DNA of 55,851 bases from a candidate division FCPU426 bacterium (GCA_963796105.1 CAWCKJ010000005.1:1-55851), one strand, 5' to 3'; numbered from the stretch's first letter, positions 18,814 through 28,956 are shown. Translations and numbers: made by a program. Notes: generated by a model not told the origin, from the letters alone.

Positions 18814-20700
18814 ATGAAGCGGTTAAAGGCCTTTTTCTTATTCTTTGCCGTTTTTCTGCTCGCCCGGACCGAATCCAGGGCCGGGCTTTTGGGTGACGAT
18901 CCGGGAGCCGTCACCACCGGCATTTGGAATTTCATCACGACCCACGCCTGGCACTTGATCTGCTCTTTTTTCCGTTGGGGGGCGGATTTCTTCGTCCAAG
19001 CCCTTTTCAAGGTTTACGGCTGGCTTGGAACCAGGCTTTTATACATCCCTGATTTCGCCGACCCCCAAACCTATTCAGGAGCGCCCGGAGCCTCCACTAT
19101 GGTTTTTAACGTCATGCACATCATGGAATGGATAGGTTTTATCCTTTTGGCGGTCATGTTCATGTTTTACATGGGCCGCCTTGCCCTGGGGCTCACGGGT
19201 CAGTCCTTTACCGTATTGACCCTGGCCCGGCTCATCGGACCAGTTCTCTTATTGTTCTCCTGGCCGACAATCGTCTCCGAATCTGCAAAGATTTCCACCA
19301 ACCTGGCTTTCTACCTTTACCACCAAAACCTTTTCAATACCCAGAACGTCCTGGACGGCCTCAACAACCTGGACGCCACCCAGCCCCTTGGCGGGGGTTC
19401 TGTCGGCCAGGCCCATAAGGCATCGTTGATTTACGAAGTCAATCTTTTGAAATATTTCGCCTATTCCCTCGCCACATTTTTGGGTGTCGTCGGCCTGATC
19501 TACGGCTGGTCCAGGATTAAGGAAGGGAAAAACGGTGGTTTCGGCATCCTGGCCACCGCTATGGCTTGCTTAATGATGATCTTTTTCACCCCTAACCTGA
19601 TCTCTTATTTCTCAAATACCGGCCAGCTTCAAAACTTGGGGACCGGACAAAACTCGGACGTCATGCCGGGCGGGACAGGCTCAAGCCAAAATTTCCCCAC
19701 GGCGAATTTCGTCCCCAACCAGGGCAATTTTGTCTTACCAGGGGAGCAGACCCCCTCCCAATTGGCAATCGCCGTCCCTAATACCGGCAGCAATCCACAG
19801 CCGGGCCCCACTTCCACATCCCAATACGATCCCCAGGACACTTTCCAAAACATCATTAGCTCGGTGGTTAAGTGTTTTGTCGCTTTATGGGGTCTCTTTA
19901 TTTGTATCGGGGTTTTAGTCGCGAAGGGTTATCAAATCTTCTCTATTTTCATCCTCTTCCTTTTGGGTTTCCCCTTGATAGGCCTTTTGGGCCACCCCTC
20001 GACGGAAAACATCACCCTGGGCGGCCTTAAACTTTTCCTGAAATTACATCTTTACGGCCCCATTTGGGGCCTGGCTTTACTGGCCATGAACTGCGTTATT
20101 TTCGCGCGGTGGGGCACGGAGGGCGGAGCTGGTACCGGATCCATCATGACGGCCTTCCTGATCTTGGCCGGGCTTTCCATCATCCAAAACACCCAGGATT
20201 TCGCGGGTATCTTCTCGAGTTTTAACTGGGGATCAGGCGGAGGCGCCCACGGCTTCATGCGGGACGCCATGGCCGGGGTCCGGACCGTGGCCGGGGTGGC
20301 GGCCGCATCGTCCGGAATTGTCACCCAAAAAGGGGCCGGTTTCGCGGGAGGGGCCGTTGTCGGAGCCGCCGCAGGGGCTCTCGGTTTGGTAGGTGGACCA
20401 GGCGCCGCCCTGGCAATGGCAAAAGCTGGTTACTCATTCGGTTCCAAGGCGGGGGAACATTCCAGTAAATCCATAAACGCTGTTTCAAATAATTTAGCCG
20501 GGAGGCACGGACAGGGTTTGGGTCCTTACATCCAAAACGTCTTTTCAAGTGGGGAAGATTCAAAAGGCAAAAGTGGTTATTCCCCGAGCAAGGCCTTTGC
20601 CGCCATCCGGTCGGCTAACTCTTCCTACAAAGGTTCCAAGAGCCCCTATGACATAAAAGGAAGCAAGGGTAAAGGAGGGGACCGTGGGGCGACCGCTTGA
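18814..20700 (+). CDS. VirB6/TrbL-like polytopic membrane protein
   Basis: Many TM segments; Gly/Ala-rich C-terminal tail; upstream of virB3/virB4-like genes. Confidence 0.65.
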   Translation: MKRLKAFFLFFAVFLLARTESRAGLLGDDPGAVTTGIWNFITTHAWHLICSFFRWGADFFVQALFKVYGWLGTRLLYIPDFADPQTYSGAPGASTMVFNVMHIMEWIGFILLAVMFMFYMGRLALGLTGQSFTVLTLARLIGPVLLLFSWPTIVSESAKISTNLAFYLYHQNLFNTQNVLDGLNNLDATQPLGGGSVGQAHKASLIYEVNLLKYFAYSLATFLGVVGLIYGWSRIKEGKNGGFGILATAMACLMMIFFTPNLISYFSNTGQLQNLGTGQNSDVMPGGTGSSQNFPTANFVPNQGNFVLPGEQTPSQLAIAVPNTGSNPQPGPTSTSQYDPQDTFQNIISSVVKCFVALWGLFICIGVLVAKGYQIFSIFILFLLGFPLIGLLGHPSTENITLGGLKLFLKLHLYGPIWGLALLAMNCVIFARWGTEGGAGTGSIMTAFLILAGLSIIQNTQDFAGIFSSFNWGSGGGAHGFMRDAMAGVRTVAGVAAASSGIVTQKGAGFAGGAVVGAAAGALGLVGGPGAALAMAKAGYSFGSKAGEHSSKSINAVSNNLAGRHGQGLGPYIQNVFSSGEDSKGKSGYSPSKAFAAIRSANSSYKGSKSPYDIKGSKGKGGDRGATA

Positions 20701-20968
20701 CGAACCATCCAAAGTCCTTGGCTTCATCCCTTTCAGCGACGCCATTTTTTTGGCGGCTTTTCTTTTCCTGGACGGGCTGTTTTTCCTTGCCATCAGCAAG
20801 AAACTGCCATTCCTTCCTTCCATCGGATTTACAGTCCTTATTTTTTTAACGGCCTTAACCGCCGTATTCCTGAAAAACATTTTCCCCAAGGGGTTTTTCC
20901 GGGGGATGCTTCGTTTTCACACTAACCCACACCTGAAGATACCAGGCCGGGAAAAGGCGGAGTTTTAA
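20684..20968 (+). CDS. VirB3/PrgI-like two-TM protein
   Basis: LDEP.KVLGF, two TMs, PKGF; directly precedes virB4. Confidence 0.6.
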   Translation: MGRPLDEPSKVLGFIPFSDAIFLAAFLFLDGLFFLAISKKLPFLPSIGFTVLIFLTALTAVFLKNIFPKGFFRGMLRFHTNPHLKIPGREKAEF

Positions 20969-20969
20969 T

Positions 20970-23537
20970 ATGGCCACCCAATCCATCGGCGTTCCAGCCG
21001 AAAACCTCAACCTTGCCCGTGTCGGCGACGGTTACATCGAACTTCGTAACCGCAGGTTTGCCGCCGTTTACCAGGTCACAGGCGGGGTGAACCCCCAGAC
21101 GGAGGACCAAAACTCAGTTTTGGCCAAGATTTCCACCTTTGAGAATGCCATCCGCCAGTTACGCCCCAACGAGGAAATCCAAATCATTCTACGGCGTGTC
21201 CCAGCGGACGATATGGTCCTGATCGACAATTTCAAATCAACCTGCCGTCCGGAGGCCGCCGAGGGTTTCCAAAATAACTTTGTCCAATACTACGAGGGTT
21301 TCATCTCGGATTTTGTCAAAAACAGGCGTCTTTGCGATTACGAGGTATTTCTTTTATTCAGCATCGATTTCAATCTAAAACCCCTTACTGAATCAGCCGT
21401 CAATTTGTTTTCAAAGATTTTCGGAAGCGGAGACTCCAAGCCCAAATCAACCGAGGAGCTGGTCCAGCAGTTAGAGGAAGTAATCAGAAGGGCCAAGGCC
21501 TGGGTCAACGTCCTTGGTGTTTCAGGCGTTATCGCCCGTGAACTAAAGGAATCTGAAATATACAGGCTTCTTTACTCAGAAATAAATCTTTTGAATTTCA
21601 AAGGCGACACTTCCGGCTTCAAGAACGCCGCGCCGGTGGCGGGCGGGCCTGGGAGCATGGAAACGCTCAGGGAAACCCTTTGCGTTCAGCCCATCCTCAC
21701 CATGCCTTCATCCTTGAAAATAGGTGAAAGACTTGTCAGGACCATGACAATCACCAATTTTCCCAACGTCCAAGGCCTAACCCATTTCCTTTCCCAATTC
21801 CTTCAACAAAACGAGGATTTCAAGGTTACGGTCTTTATCCGTGGCCTGGACCAGGAATTGGGGAAATCCATTATCAGGGGCCAAATGCGGATCGACCAGG
21901 CCACCAGCGACGAGGGCACTACCCCCAATTACGACGCCCACGCCAACATGGGGAACAGAAGCTCCGTTTTGGCCGCCATCGCCCAACGGGAAACGGGCTT
22001 GGCCCGGATTTCCATGTTCATTTCAGTATTCGGCGACAACGAGAAGGATTTAAAGAACAACTACGAGAATTTCGTTTCCCGGTTCGAGGGAATCCACCGT
22101 TACGACGGCTATTACCAGCAGGAGGAGCTTTTCTTTTCCTCACTCCCCTTATGTTCCAACATCACCCGGGACCGGGTCGAGCGTTTGCAAACAACAACGG
22201 ATATCGCCAATTGCTGGCCCTTTTTCATTGATAGCCTCACTTTCGACAAGGGGGTCCTGGTGGGCCACACGGCAGGAAACCAGCCTCTCATGCTTAACCC
22301 CTGGTCGAGCGTGGTTGAGAATTACAACATCGGCATTTTCGGCTCACCCGGAAGCGGGAAAAGTTTCGGCACCCAGCTCATCCTTACCAGGCTGATGCCG
22401 CGCGCCCCCGAAGTCATGGTGATCGACCGATCCGGCTGTTATAAGACCCTTTGCGATGTTGCCGGCGGGGAATACATCTATTTCGACCTGAAATGCGACA
22501 AGCACATAAACGCCTTCGACTGCCCGGAGGAAAGTTACGTCAAAAGGGGTGTCGTCTCGGAGGACCAGGAGGAAACCGTCCTGGGTTACCTCACGACCCT
22601 TTTGACCGAAACGGGGGAGAAGGCCTTAAAGAACGCGGAGACGGCCGTTCTCCTGGAAGCGATCAAAAAGACCTACAAGACCAAATACGACGAGACGAAA
22701 GGCCGGGAAGGGGGTCCCCAGTTCCCACTTTTGAGGGATTTCAGGAAAGTCATTTCCGACATGGCCAAGGATAAGAACCGCTCAGAATCGGCACGTGAAT
22801 TATCGTCCGCTTTCGCGGACATCCTTTCGCAATTTGTTGAAGACGGCACCTACGCCAACATTACCGACCGGGAAACCAATATCGACCGCAACAGCAAATT
22901 CATCGTTTTCGACACTTCATTGGGAGCCAAGCGCGAAAAAATCAAGGCTTTGGTCACCTACATTACCTCCACCTATTGTTTCGCCCGGGCCAGGCTTTGC
23001 CAAAAAGAAGGGAAATTCCCCATCATCGTCATAGACGAGTTTTGGGACCTTCTATCCTTCCCGGCCGGGCAGGATTTCGCGGATATTCTTTCCAGGACTT
23101 CCCGCCATTTGTCCCTTTGCACCATCTACGCCACCCAGAAAATAGCCGACTGCATGGCCACCGAGAAGGCGAAAACAGCCCTCGACAACGCCGCCACGAA
23201 AATTTTTATGAAGCTAGGCGACGCCGACCGGGCCTTATGTGTGAAAGCCTTTGAATTGGGGGACAAAGAGGCGGCGATCATCTCCGACCTCTTTATGTTA
23301 AAAGGCGTCCACAGCAAGTGCTTCATCAAGAGCACCGCCCGGCAGGGCTTGGCCTTCATTTGCCCCGATCCAGTCTCCTATTGGATCTCCACATCCCACC
23401 CCCTGGACAAGCCCAGGCGCGAGAAATACATGAATCATTTCAACCCCGACAACAACGTCGAAGGGACTTGGAGGGCCATCTACCAACTGGTGGAGGACGA
23501 GTTTTATAACCGCGATCCTGAATTTTTAAGGAGTTAA
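20970..23537 (+). CDS. virB4: VirB4-family conjugation/T4SS ATPase
   Basis: NYNIGIFGSPGSGKS (Walker A), VMVIDR, INAFD, IIVIDEFW (Walker B), SRH...ATQ. Confidence 0.9.
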   Translation: MATQSIGVPAENLNLARVGDGYIELRNRRFAAVYQVTGGVNPQTEDQNSVLAKISTFENAIRQLRPNEEIQIILRRVPADDMVLIDNFKSTCRPEAAEGFQNNFVQYYEGFISDFVKNRRLCDYEVFLLFSIDFNLKPLTESAVNLFSKIFGSGDSKPKSTEELVQQLEEVIRRAKAWVNVLGVSGVIARELKESEIYRLLYSEINLLNFKGDTSGFKNAAPVAGGPGSMETLRETLCVQPILTMPSSLKIGERLVRTMTITNFPNVQGLTHFLSQFLQQNEDFKVTVFIRGLDQELGKSIIRGQMRIDQATSDEGTTPNYDAHANMGNRSSVLAAIAQRETGLARISMFISVFGDNEKDLKNNYENFVSRFEGIHRYDGYYQQEELFFSSLPLCSNITRDRVERLQTTTDIANCWPFFIDSLTFDKGVLVGHTAGNQPLMLNPWSSVVENYNIGIFGSPGSGKSFGTQLILTRLMPRAPEVMVIDRSGCYKTLCDVAGGEYIYFDLKCDKHINAFDCPEESYVKRGVVSEDQEETVLGYLTTLLTETGEKALKNAETAVLLEAIKKTYKTKYDETKGREGGPQFPLLRDFRKVISDMAKDKNRSESARELSSAFADILSQFVEDGTYANITDRETNIDRNSKFIVFDTSLGAKREKIKALVTYITSTYCFARARLCQKEGKFPIIVIDEFWDLLSFPAGQDFADILSRTSRHLSLCTIYATQKIADCMATEKAKTALDNAATKIFMKLGDADRALCVKAFELGDKEAAIISDLFMLKGVHSKCFIKSTARQGLAFICPDPVSYWISTSHPLDKPRREKYMNHFNPDNNVEGTWRAIYQLVEDEFYNRDPEFLRS

Positions 23538-23538
23538 T

Positions 23539-24099
23539 ATGAAAATTACTCAAATTGCTAAAAAAGAAACCTCGAATTTTTCGAAGATTATTCTCGGTAT
23601 TGGCCTTGTAATAGTTTTACTTGGATTTTCGATTTTTATGCACCGGGGGACGTTCAAGCTCAATTTACCAGACTTTACCTCGTCCAGCTCGTCGGGGGCG
23701 ATCCCCGCCGACCAGGTCCACCAATACCTGGAATTCGCTCAGAAAGTCGCCATTTCCATCTGCAACATCGGTTTTCACAACGTCCAAACCTACCTGGCCG
23801 ACAACAGCAAGTATTTCGCCCAGGACGTTTTATACGACTTCCAGAACAACTTTTTCACGATGGACTTACAGCGCCAGATCACCGACCAAAAACTTTACTG
23901 CACGGCCCAGAACGTCGTTGCTTCCCAGACCAAGGTTCACGGGGACCAGGTTGCGTGCTGGTTTTCCGGCGACATGGAATACACCTCACAGTTGAACAAC
24001 TCCTCCATCCACGTCCCCTTTTCTTTCAGGCTGATCACTCAAAAATACCCCGAAGGGTTTAAAGTCGTCGGGTTTTACATGGCCACGGATCAAAAATGA
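23539..24099 (+). CDS. Bitopic VirB8/TcpC-like protein
   Basis: Single N-terminal TM followed by an NTF2-like alpha/beta pattern; follows virB4. Confidence 0.5.
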   Translation: MKITQIAKKETSNFSKIILGIGLVIVLLGFSIFMHRGTFKLNLPDFTSSSSSGAIPADQVHQYLEFAQKVAISICNIGFHNVQTYLADNSKYFAQDVLYDFQNNFFTMDLQRQITDQKLYCTAQNVVASQTKVHGDQVACWFSGDMEYTSQLNNSSIHVPFSFRLITQKYPEGFKVVGFYMATDQK

Positions 24100-25592
24100 G
24101 CACCGATCAGGTTCACGAAATAAACCCCGAAAGGGCGCGTAATTGCCTTGTCCAGGCCAACTTCCTCAAGGAGGAAGGGAAGTTCAACGAGGCCTTGGAG
24201 CTTTGCGACCAGGTTATCAACAAATTCGAGCCTACCAACATCAAGGCTTACCTTTTAGCGGCTGAAATCTTCCTGGACAACGGCCCCGCCGGGGAAGCGA
24301 AGAATGTCGCGAAAGAATATAAAATCCCGGTGAAGGCCAAGCCCAGCGACTACACCCAGGAGGAAGTGAAGATTTTGATGTGCCTGGCCCGCTCCCAATT
24401 CCAGCTTAAAGAATATGGGGATTGCTCAATTACGATTAAACGAATCCTGGAAATGGACCACGGCTACCTGGACGCGGTGGAGCTTGAGGCGGATATAAAG
24501 CTTGAAAATAAACATTACCCGGAAGCGATCAAGGCCTACCGGAGCCTTCTAAACCGGGGCCACAACACGAACAACATGTACTTTTCCCTCGGCGCGGCTT
24601 ACCTGGAGAAGGGTGAATATCCCCAGGCCTATTACTACCTGAACCTTTTGATAAAGGCCGGGCTTACGGACCCGGCTTTGGAGACTTTATTCAAGCAGGC
24701 CAGGAAACACGTCACCAATATGGTCATCAAAACAGATAAAAGCATGAATTATTTCGAGAGTTGGTTGCTGAGAATTATTCCCTTTTGGGCCGTGGACCGC
24801 ATCAACACTTACGTCACCAACATCGTGACCGAGCAGAAAACAGCGGAAGCACTCTACACGGACCCCATGACGGGCCTTTTCTCCAAAACCGCCGTGGATG
24901 TTTACCTTCCGAATTACCATGCCAAGGTTACGGCCCCCCAGGCGTTTTACATCTGCCGTTTGGATATCGACTATTTCAAGAGCATCAACGATTGTTTGGG
25001 CCACGAAGTGGGGGACCGGGTCATTGTGGCTTTTGGGAAATTGTTGAAAGAGCATTTCCCCAACCGGGCCTTTCGTGTTGGCGGTGACGAGTTCCTATGG
25101 GCTTTTGAGGGGACCGAGTTCGAGGCAAAGGAGAAGGGAAGGCATTTCAGGGAAGCGGTCGAGAATAACATCAAACCAACCATAAACATGGAATTGACGG
25201 CTTCCCCAATCCGGGACGCCGTTACAGGCGCCCACATCACTCTTCCCTGGAACATCACTTGTTCCCAAGGAATCGCTGAATGGCCGTCCACCAAATCCTT
25301 CCCGGAGGTCGAAAGGGACGCGGACGCCAACCAATACCAGGCCAAGCTTCCTATCAACGGCAAGAACGCGGTTTTTTATAACATGAAAATGGAGGTGAAG
25401 GGGGAGAGGCCCATCGGTTACACCGTCAACCTTCTCATTATTCTTACGGAGGAAGCCACCTCCAGGAATTACAAGAGCTGGTGGGAAATGAAGGATTCTT
25501 TAAAATCATCCCCAGAAATTTTGACCATTCTTGAAAAAGCCATGATTAAGGCCGACGCCGAAAAGCAAAAGCATTTATCAGTGGTTAAATAA
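24096..25592 (+). CDS. TPR-repeat diguanylate cyclase
   Basis: N-terminal TPRs; TDPMTGL, DIDYFKSINDCLGHEVGD, RVGGDEF. Confidence 0.9.
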   Translation: MSTDQVHEINPERARNCLVQANFLKEEGKFNEALELCDQVINKFEPTNIKAYLLAAEIFLDNGPAGEAKNVAKEYKIPVKAKPSDYTQEEVKILMCLARSQFQLKEYGDCSITIKRILEMDHGYLDAVELEADIKLENKHYPEAIKAYRSLLNRGHNTNNMYFSLGAAYLEKGEYPQAYYYLNLLIKAGLTDPALETLFKQARKHVTNMVIKTDKSMNYFESWLLRIIPFWAVDRINTYVTNIVTEQKTAEALYTDPMTGLFSKTAVDVYLPNYHAKVTAPQAFYICRLDIDYFKSINDCLGHEVGDRVIVAFGKLLKEHFPNRAFRVGGDEFLWAFEGTEFEAKEKGRHFREAVENNIKPTINMELTASPIRDAVTGAHITLPWNITCSQGIAEWPSTKSFPEVERDADANQYQAKLPINGKNAVFYNMKMEVKGERPIGYTVNLLIILTEEATSRNYKSWWEMKDSLKSSPEILTILEKAMIKADAEKQKHLSVVK

Positions 25593-25656
25593 GCCCAATT
25601 ACGGCTCTCCCCATACTCTAAAAAAGAGTAAAATCTCTTAAATCAGGGTAAAAGAA

Positions 25657-25686
25657 TTGTCCAATATGGGGTTCCAGATTGTACAA
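25657..25686 (+). repeat. 30-bp palindromic site, copy A (TTGTCCAATATGGGGTTCCAGATTGTACAA)
   Basis: Matches consensus TTGTCCAC-N3-GGGGACCC-N3-GTGGACAA. Confidence 0.75.
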
Positions 25687-25727
25687 AGGGGGAAGGTTAG
25701 ATAGTGGCAAATAAAAAGGAAGTTGTG

Positions 25728-25982
25728 ATGAAGATAAACATCAAAGCGTTCGGATTGACTTGTGGTTTGTTGTGGGGCCTGGGAGTTTTAGGCTTAACTT
25801 GGTGGGTCATCCTTTTCGAGGGGTCAACCCACGACCTGATGTTGCTTGGACACATCTACCGGGGTTATGACATTAGCCCCGCCGGAAGTTTGATTGGGGC
25901 TGCTTATGGCCTGGTGGATGGAGGGGTGGGCGGAGTCGTTTTCGCCTGGCTTTATAACGTTCTCTGCGTCAGGTTCAAATGA
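25728..25982 (+). CDS. Small two-TM membrane protein
   Basis: KAFGLTCGLLWG...YRGY.ISP.GSLIG..YG.VDG..GG..FAWLYN. Confidence 0.8.
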   Translation: MKINIKAFGLTCGLLWGLGVLGLTWWVILFEGSTHDLMLLGHIYRGYDISPAGSLIGAAYGLVDGGVGGVVFAWLYNVLCVRFK

Positions 25983-26001
25983 TCAGGGGTTGAGGGATAA
26001 G

Positions 26002-26031
26002 TTGTCCACGATGGGGACCCGTCGTGGACAA
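26002..26031 (+). repeat. 30-bp palindromic site, copy B (TTGTCCACGATGGGGACCCGTCGTGGACAA)
   Basis: Near-perfect 11-8-11 inverted repeat. Confidence 0.9.
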
Positions 26032-26239
26032 TCTTTTTGCTCTATTTTTGGGGGTGCCCGGCTCCTAAATCTCCGACTTAACGGGTTTATCTTCCCGGTC
26101 ATAGGCAAGATAGACTGGCAATGGAATAGAAAAAGAGTGGGGGTGATATAATAAAAGATAAGTACCCGGTAATGTTGTTGGACAAAGTCACCCGGGAAAT
26201 TCCAGATCATTCGTTGGAAGACAGTGTGTTGGAGGGAGT

Positions 26240-26890
26240 ATGGTTATGTACCGTTTGACTTATCCTCTGTTGCTGGTTTGCTTGTTTCTTGTGGGATGCT
26301 CGGCTCCATCCATCCCCTCTATTCCCGTAGGTCCCAAGCCGCATTATGTTGATGTCACCGCCTCTTTTGAAAGGCAGAATGGTAACCCTGGATACGTTTC
26401 CGTCACGATCACGGTCGATTCCCAAACGAACACGACAGCCGCGGTCGTTTTGACGGGCCCCGGTAGTCCGGTCACTATTCCTTACAACACCGGTTATGTT
26501 AAATATTACTTATGGGGACCGACTTATACGGCGGGTCAAACTTATACCCTCACCACCCAAGAGGGGAATACCGGTTCCACCACATCGACGGTGGTTGCCC
26601 CGGGCAACATTACGGAAGGTGCGAACGGTTCCCAAACCTCTTGGACCTACGATGGGCAAGTGGACGCCATCTCTGTCCTGCAAAATTCTTCTACATCCTA
26701 TACTTTCATCGCCACCGCGCCCATTGTTTCGCCTTTCCCGATACCCGGGTATGCCTATCCTTCAACCGGAACTTATGTACTCGACACCAACATCAGTAAT
26801 TCCTCTGGCATTTCAAAAGTTTCGGGAAATATCAGTACTTCCGGGTCATTCTGGGTTACAGATGATTTATTCACCACTATTACCAAGTGA
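26240..26890 (+). CDS. Ser/Thr-rich lipoprotein
   Basis: LVGC lipobox; GGAGG RBS. Confidence 0.75.
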   Translation: MVMYRLTYPLLLVCLFLVGCSAPSIPSIPVGPKPHYVDVTASFERQNGNPGYVSVTITVDSQTNTTAAVVLTGPGSPVTIPYNTGYVKYYLWGPTYTAGQTYTLTTQEGNTGSTTSTVVAPGNITEGANGSQTSWTYDGQVDAISVLQNSSTSYTFIATAPIVSPFPIPGYAYPSTGTYVLDTNISNSSGISKVSGNISTSGSFWVTDDLFTTITK

Positions 26891-27018
26891 GTTCTTTCGC
26901 CCTAGTAACAAAGGGGCCAGTGATTAGACCCCCTTTATCAACTGTTCAAAACAGTTGGCACAACCAACCCCTGCCGTTCCCCTTGTAGCAACTGTCTTTC
27001 AGTTGGCATTCTCCCCCA

Positions 27019-27135
27019 TATGAAAATGGGCGAGAGGTACAAAATAATTTAGAAGAATCAAAAAAATGGTTTGAGAAAGAAGTTGCCCAAGGAGATTAAA
27101 ATTCAAAGGAAGCTTTAAATCGGCTTAATCAATAA
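27019..27135 (+). pseudogene. Sel1-repeat gene 3' remnant
   Basis: Reads YENGREVQNNLEESKKWFEKEVAQGD*NSKEALNRLNQ*, with an internal stop; ends 2 bp before copy C. Confidence 0.65.
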
Positions 27136-27137
27136 GC

Positions 27138-27167
27138 TTGTCCACGACGGGGACCCATCGTGAACAG
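27138..27167 (+). repeat. 30-bp palindromic site, copy C (TTGTCCACGACGGGGACCCATCGTGAACAG)
   Basis: Matches consensus. Confidence 0.9.
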
Positions 27168-27194
27168 GGAATATCTGTTTTGAAGGTAACTAGG

Positions 27195-27794
27195 ATGAAA
27201 ATATTAAGGGCATTAATTATTTACGCAATCTTATTAACCGGTTTGCCTTTGCTGGGGCGGACTGAAATGCCGAACCCTCAAATCGCCGACTCTCAGACCC
27301 ATAATTCCTTTTTCGTCAAAGCCAGTGGAGGATTCGATTATTCGGAAACCACCTTACTTCGTTACAATCAGACGCAAATGGCACCATATGCAAGCGAAAT
27401 AGATATTAATATAAATGGCTTTAACCACTTCACCGGCTCCATAGCAGCAGGAATTGATTTTCCGGGTTGGCTCTCCTTATTCGCCAGCAGTGAATGGTAC
27501 TTAAAGGATTGGGCGATGATGGTAAACGGCCAATACACTTACCGGAAACTGGGCCTGGTTCAACCATACTTTTACTTAGGATTAGGGATGGATGTTAACG
27601 GGCAGGACTTGGGGCCTGCGCTACAACTGGGTTTGGGGGCTAATGTACCATTGGACAAAAACTTTTCTGTCTATTTGGAAGGCAAATCCTTTTTCACCGT
27701 GATCTTTAACAACAATAATGATCAACCCTCTCTCAATTTCTACCAATGGGAAATTTATCTTCCGCTTATGGCGGGTTTGAAAGTTAACCTTTGA
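27195..27794 (+). CDS. Small outer-membrane beta-barrel protein
   Basis: Signal peptide; QPYFYLGLG, GLGANVPL, AGLKVNL. Confidence 0.75.
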   Translation: MKILRALIIYAILLTGLPLLGRTEMPNPQIADSQTHNSFFVKASGGFDYSETTLLRYNQTQMAPYASEIDININGFNHFTGSIAAGIDFPGWLSLFASSEWYLKDWAMMVNGQYTYRKLGLVQPYFYLGLGMDVNGQDLGPALQLGLGANVPLDKNFSVYLEGKSFFTVIFNNNNDQPSLNFYQWEIYLPLMAGLKVNL

Positions 27795-27820
27795 ACACTA
27801 CAACAACGTGAATTTTTATA

Positions 27821-27850
27821 AAGTCCACGACGGGGACCCGCATTGGACAG
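27821..27850 (+). repeat. 30-bp palindromic site, copy D (AAGTCCACGACGGGGACCCGCATTGGACAG)
   Basis: Matches consensus. Confidence 0.85.
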
Positions 27851-27892
27851 CTAAAAGGTGAAGATTATGCCGATGTTATGGGAGGTAATTAA

Positions 27893-28360
27893 TTGGGGCA
27901 TCAACTTAACTTTTTTTTAACTCCCCCGGATTTGAAAGAACTTGAAGATCGAATCCGTCAAAAAGAAAACGTTTTGTTTTTAATGGATAATATGAAAGAA
28001 CCAAAACCGAAAACCTTAACTATTGATGATATTGAACAAAGTGGTCTTTTTTTGAATTTGGCCCGGCCTGATGATCACAAGAAAATAAAAATGGAGTTTG
28101 TGCCGGCGCAAAAACATTGGACTTTCGAGAAGTTTCATTCCCCTTTGGTTGAATACGACCGCTGTTTCTTTGATGGTAAAGTTCTTCGACGTGGCAGACT
28201 TTACTACATTGACGGAGCCTATAATAAAAAGGGTGAGTGGGTCGATAAGTCCGATGATTTTAAAAATTGGGAACAGGGAATCCGACGGCCCAGCGGTTCC
28301 GCCTCAAAGTTAATTCGAATTCTTAAATCCCATCCGGAACTAATCTCAGAAATACGCTAG
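27893..28360 (+). CDS. Hypothetical (immunity-like) protein fused to the C-terminal half of an HTH antitoxin
   Basis: GGAGG RBS; tail NWEQGIRRPSGSASKLIRIL is typical of MqsA/HigA-like HTH C-termini. Confidence 0.6.
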   Translation: MGHQLNFFLTPPDLKELEDRIRQKENVLFLMDNMKEPKPKTLTIDDIEQSGLFLNLARPDDHKKIKMEFVPAQKHWTFEKFHSPLVEYDRCFFDGKVLRRGRLYYIDGAYNKKGEWVDKSDDFKNWEQGIRRPSGSASKLIRILKSHPELISEIR

Positions 28361-28364
28361 TTCA

Positions 28365-28394
28365 TTGTCCACGAAGGGGACCCAAAGTGGATAA
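28365..28394 (+). repeat. 30-bp palindromic site, copy E (TTGTCCACGAAGGGGACCCAAAGTGGATAA)
   Basis: Matches consensus; 4 bp after the stop codon. Confidence 0.88.
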
Positions 28395-28585
28395 GGGTGA
28401 AGAAGGCCGATGGGCTGTCCAATTCATGGGCCTGAATCGCAAGAAAAACAGAGGACCTTTCACGAGTGGGGCCTTCAAGTAAATCGTTGGGTTTGAAACC
28501 TTCGACCACATAAAAGCGTCTAATGATAGTCGCCTCTTGGATTAGGGGCATGATTGAAGTTCATTTTAAATTCAAGGAGAGATAC

Positions 28586-28903
28586 ATGAAAATCAATTGG
28601 CGCAGGACTTTGTTGGCGGCAGGATTGGCAATCGCTGTGGCGACGCCGTTTATCGCGAAAGGCGCCGGAATCGACTTGACGATCAATATCAACGACGATA
28701 ACGAAACCCATTTCCATTTCAAGGATCAGACCATCAAGCATCATTCGGAAATGTGGAAAGCCGCCAAGGCCTTGGCCAATGCCAAAAAGTGCCTTTGGAA
28801 AGCCAAGGGTGATTTCGGCGGGCACCGTGAAACCGCCATCCAGAATATCAACGCGGCCCTGGATGAGATCAGGCTGGCCGACGATCACGCTATGGGGCGT
28901 TAA
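28586..28903 (+). CDS. Small secreted helical protein
   Basis: AAGGAG RBS; signal peptide; KAKGDFGGHRETAI motif. Confidence 0.75.
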   Translation: MKINWRRTLLAAGLAIAVATPFIAKGAGIDLTININDDNETHFHFKDQTIKHHSEMWKAAKALANAKKCLWKAKGDFGGHRETAIQNINAALDEIRLADDHAMGR

Positions 28904-28920
28904 TAAAAATATTATTTATG

Positions 28921-28956
28921 AAGGCTGTCCTATGAAGGGGCAGCCTTTATTATTTA
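28921..28956 (+). terminator. Probable intrinsic terminator
   Basis: AAGGCTGTCC-loop-GGGCAGCCTT followed by TATTATTT. Confidence 0.65.

Noticed and set aside
26002..26031. 30-bp sites as tRNA-derived att fragments
   Set aside because: No T-loop (GTTCGA/TCGAAC) or acceptor-stem signature; no tRNA or rRNA gene was recognised in the window.
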